DNA of 64,000 nucleotides from Botryllus schlosseri (taxonomy: Eukaryota). Positions 63,438 through 64,000 of the stretch are shown here, piece by piece. The position numbers and the translations under genes are program-made. Numbering within the stretch: position 1 is the stretch's first letter; every line of letters starts with the position of its first letter. The stretch lies in contig CM119378.1 in assembly GCA_051294905.1 (NCBI GenBank), forward strand, positions 1,738,001 through 1,802,000. Direction: 5' to 3'. The notes beneath the pieces were generated by a model. The model was not told where the DNA came from and made no database searches. It worked only from the letters and a program-made list of their open reading frames with translations.

Positions 63438-63661
63438 GTATTATATCCAGCACATTTTCAACAAAAGTTGAGGTTTTAGTACGAAATACTTTGACATAAA
63501 TAATCCCTCAGGACAGCAACTGTCGAACATTTTCCTAGATAGGCTCAATTATACGCGTCGGACGGCACATTGTTGACTGAGTTTCCACACCTCATCCCGG
63601 GAAGGCAAAAATACACAACACGCTTGCGATTTAATGAAAAGATGGGAGGGTGCCTAAACTA

Positions 63662-64000
63662 TAGGCTTACCATATTTTGGAAATGTAAAAAGAGGACAAT
63701 TTTTCAGAAATTTGAGACTTGCAAAGTCAGAGAACAATTCTCAAAAATCGGTGAATTTTTCCCACTTTATGATCAGTCAACTTTCCCGCTCAGAGCCCAA
63801 AATACCGTTTCTTCCTCCACATTGCCGGGTGGTTGACTAAAAAAAAGGTCATCGTTTCGCTCAGAGCTCAAAATACCGTCATATCACTCGCAGTTTGCTC
63901 TAAATATGACCTAAATTTTCAAAAAAGAGGACAAAAGGGCGTCCTCCGAGGACACTTTGAAAAAAGTCAAAAATGAGGACAAATCCTCTTAAAAGAAGAC
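63662..64000. mobile_element. hAT-type MITE running off the window end
   Basis: Starts TAGGCTTACCATATTTTGG; inverted homologue of 8817-9128. Confidence 0.75.

Overview
Eukaryotic animal genomic DNA, AT-rich with GT-AG spliceosomal introns. It is probably an invertebrate deuterostome such as an ascidian, but that is inference only. Seven host genes are supported: a spliced mitochondrial protein-only RNase P (PRORP/MRPP3, 9 exons read by hand, 5' end outside the window), KLHDC9, GSAP/pigeon (2 exons), a small Maf, KIAA1143, mitochondrial GPAT and a divergent HAND-like bHLH. Most of the rest is transposon-derived: many non-autonomous hAT elements with readable 8-bp target-site duplications (TSDs), including a four-deep nest, two tRNA-headed SINE families, LINE 3' fragments, a telomere-like foldback element and a young TRIM-type LTR element. 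Most notable observations: (1) pervasive TA->TAGGCTA/TAGCCTA/TAGGCCTA (and TACAGTA) micro-insertions, visible by comparing repeat copies, that look like excision scars of a TA-targeting transposon; (2) a TRIM with apparently identical LTRs inserted at a hairpin tip; (3) a PRORP lacking two of four structural Zn ligands; (4) a HAND-like protein lacking the E-box-reading Glu; (5) 22-65 bp palindromic micro-elements with TSDs; (6) several nearly intronless copies of normally intron-rich genes. No database search was run; all family calls come from remembered motifs.
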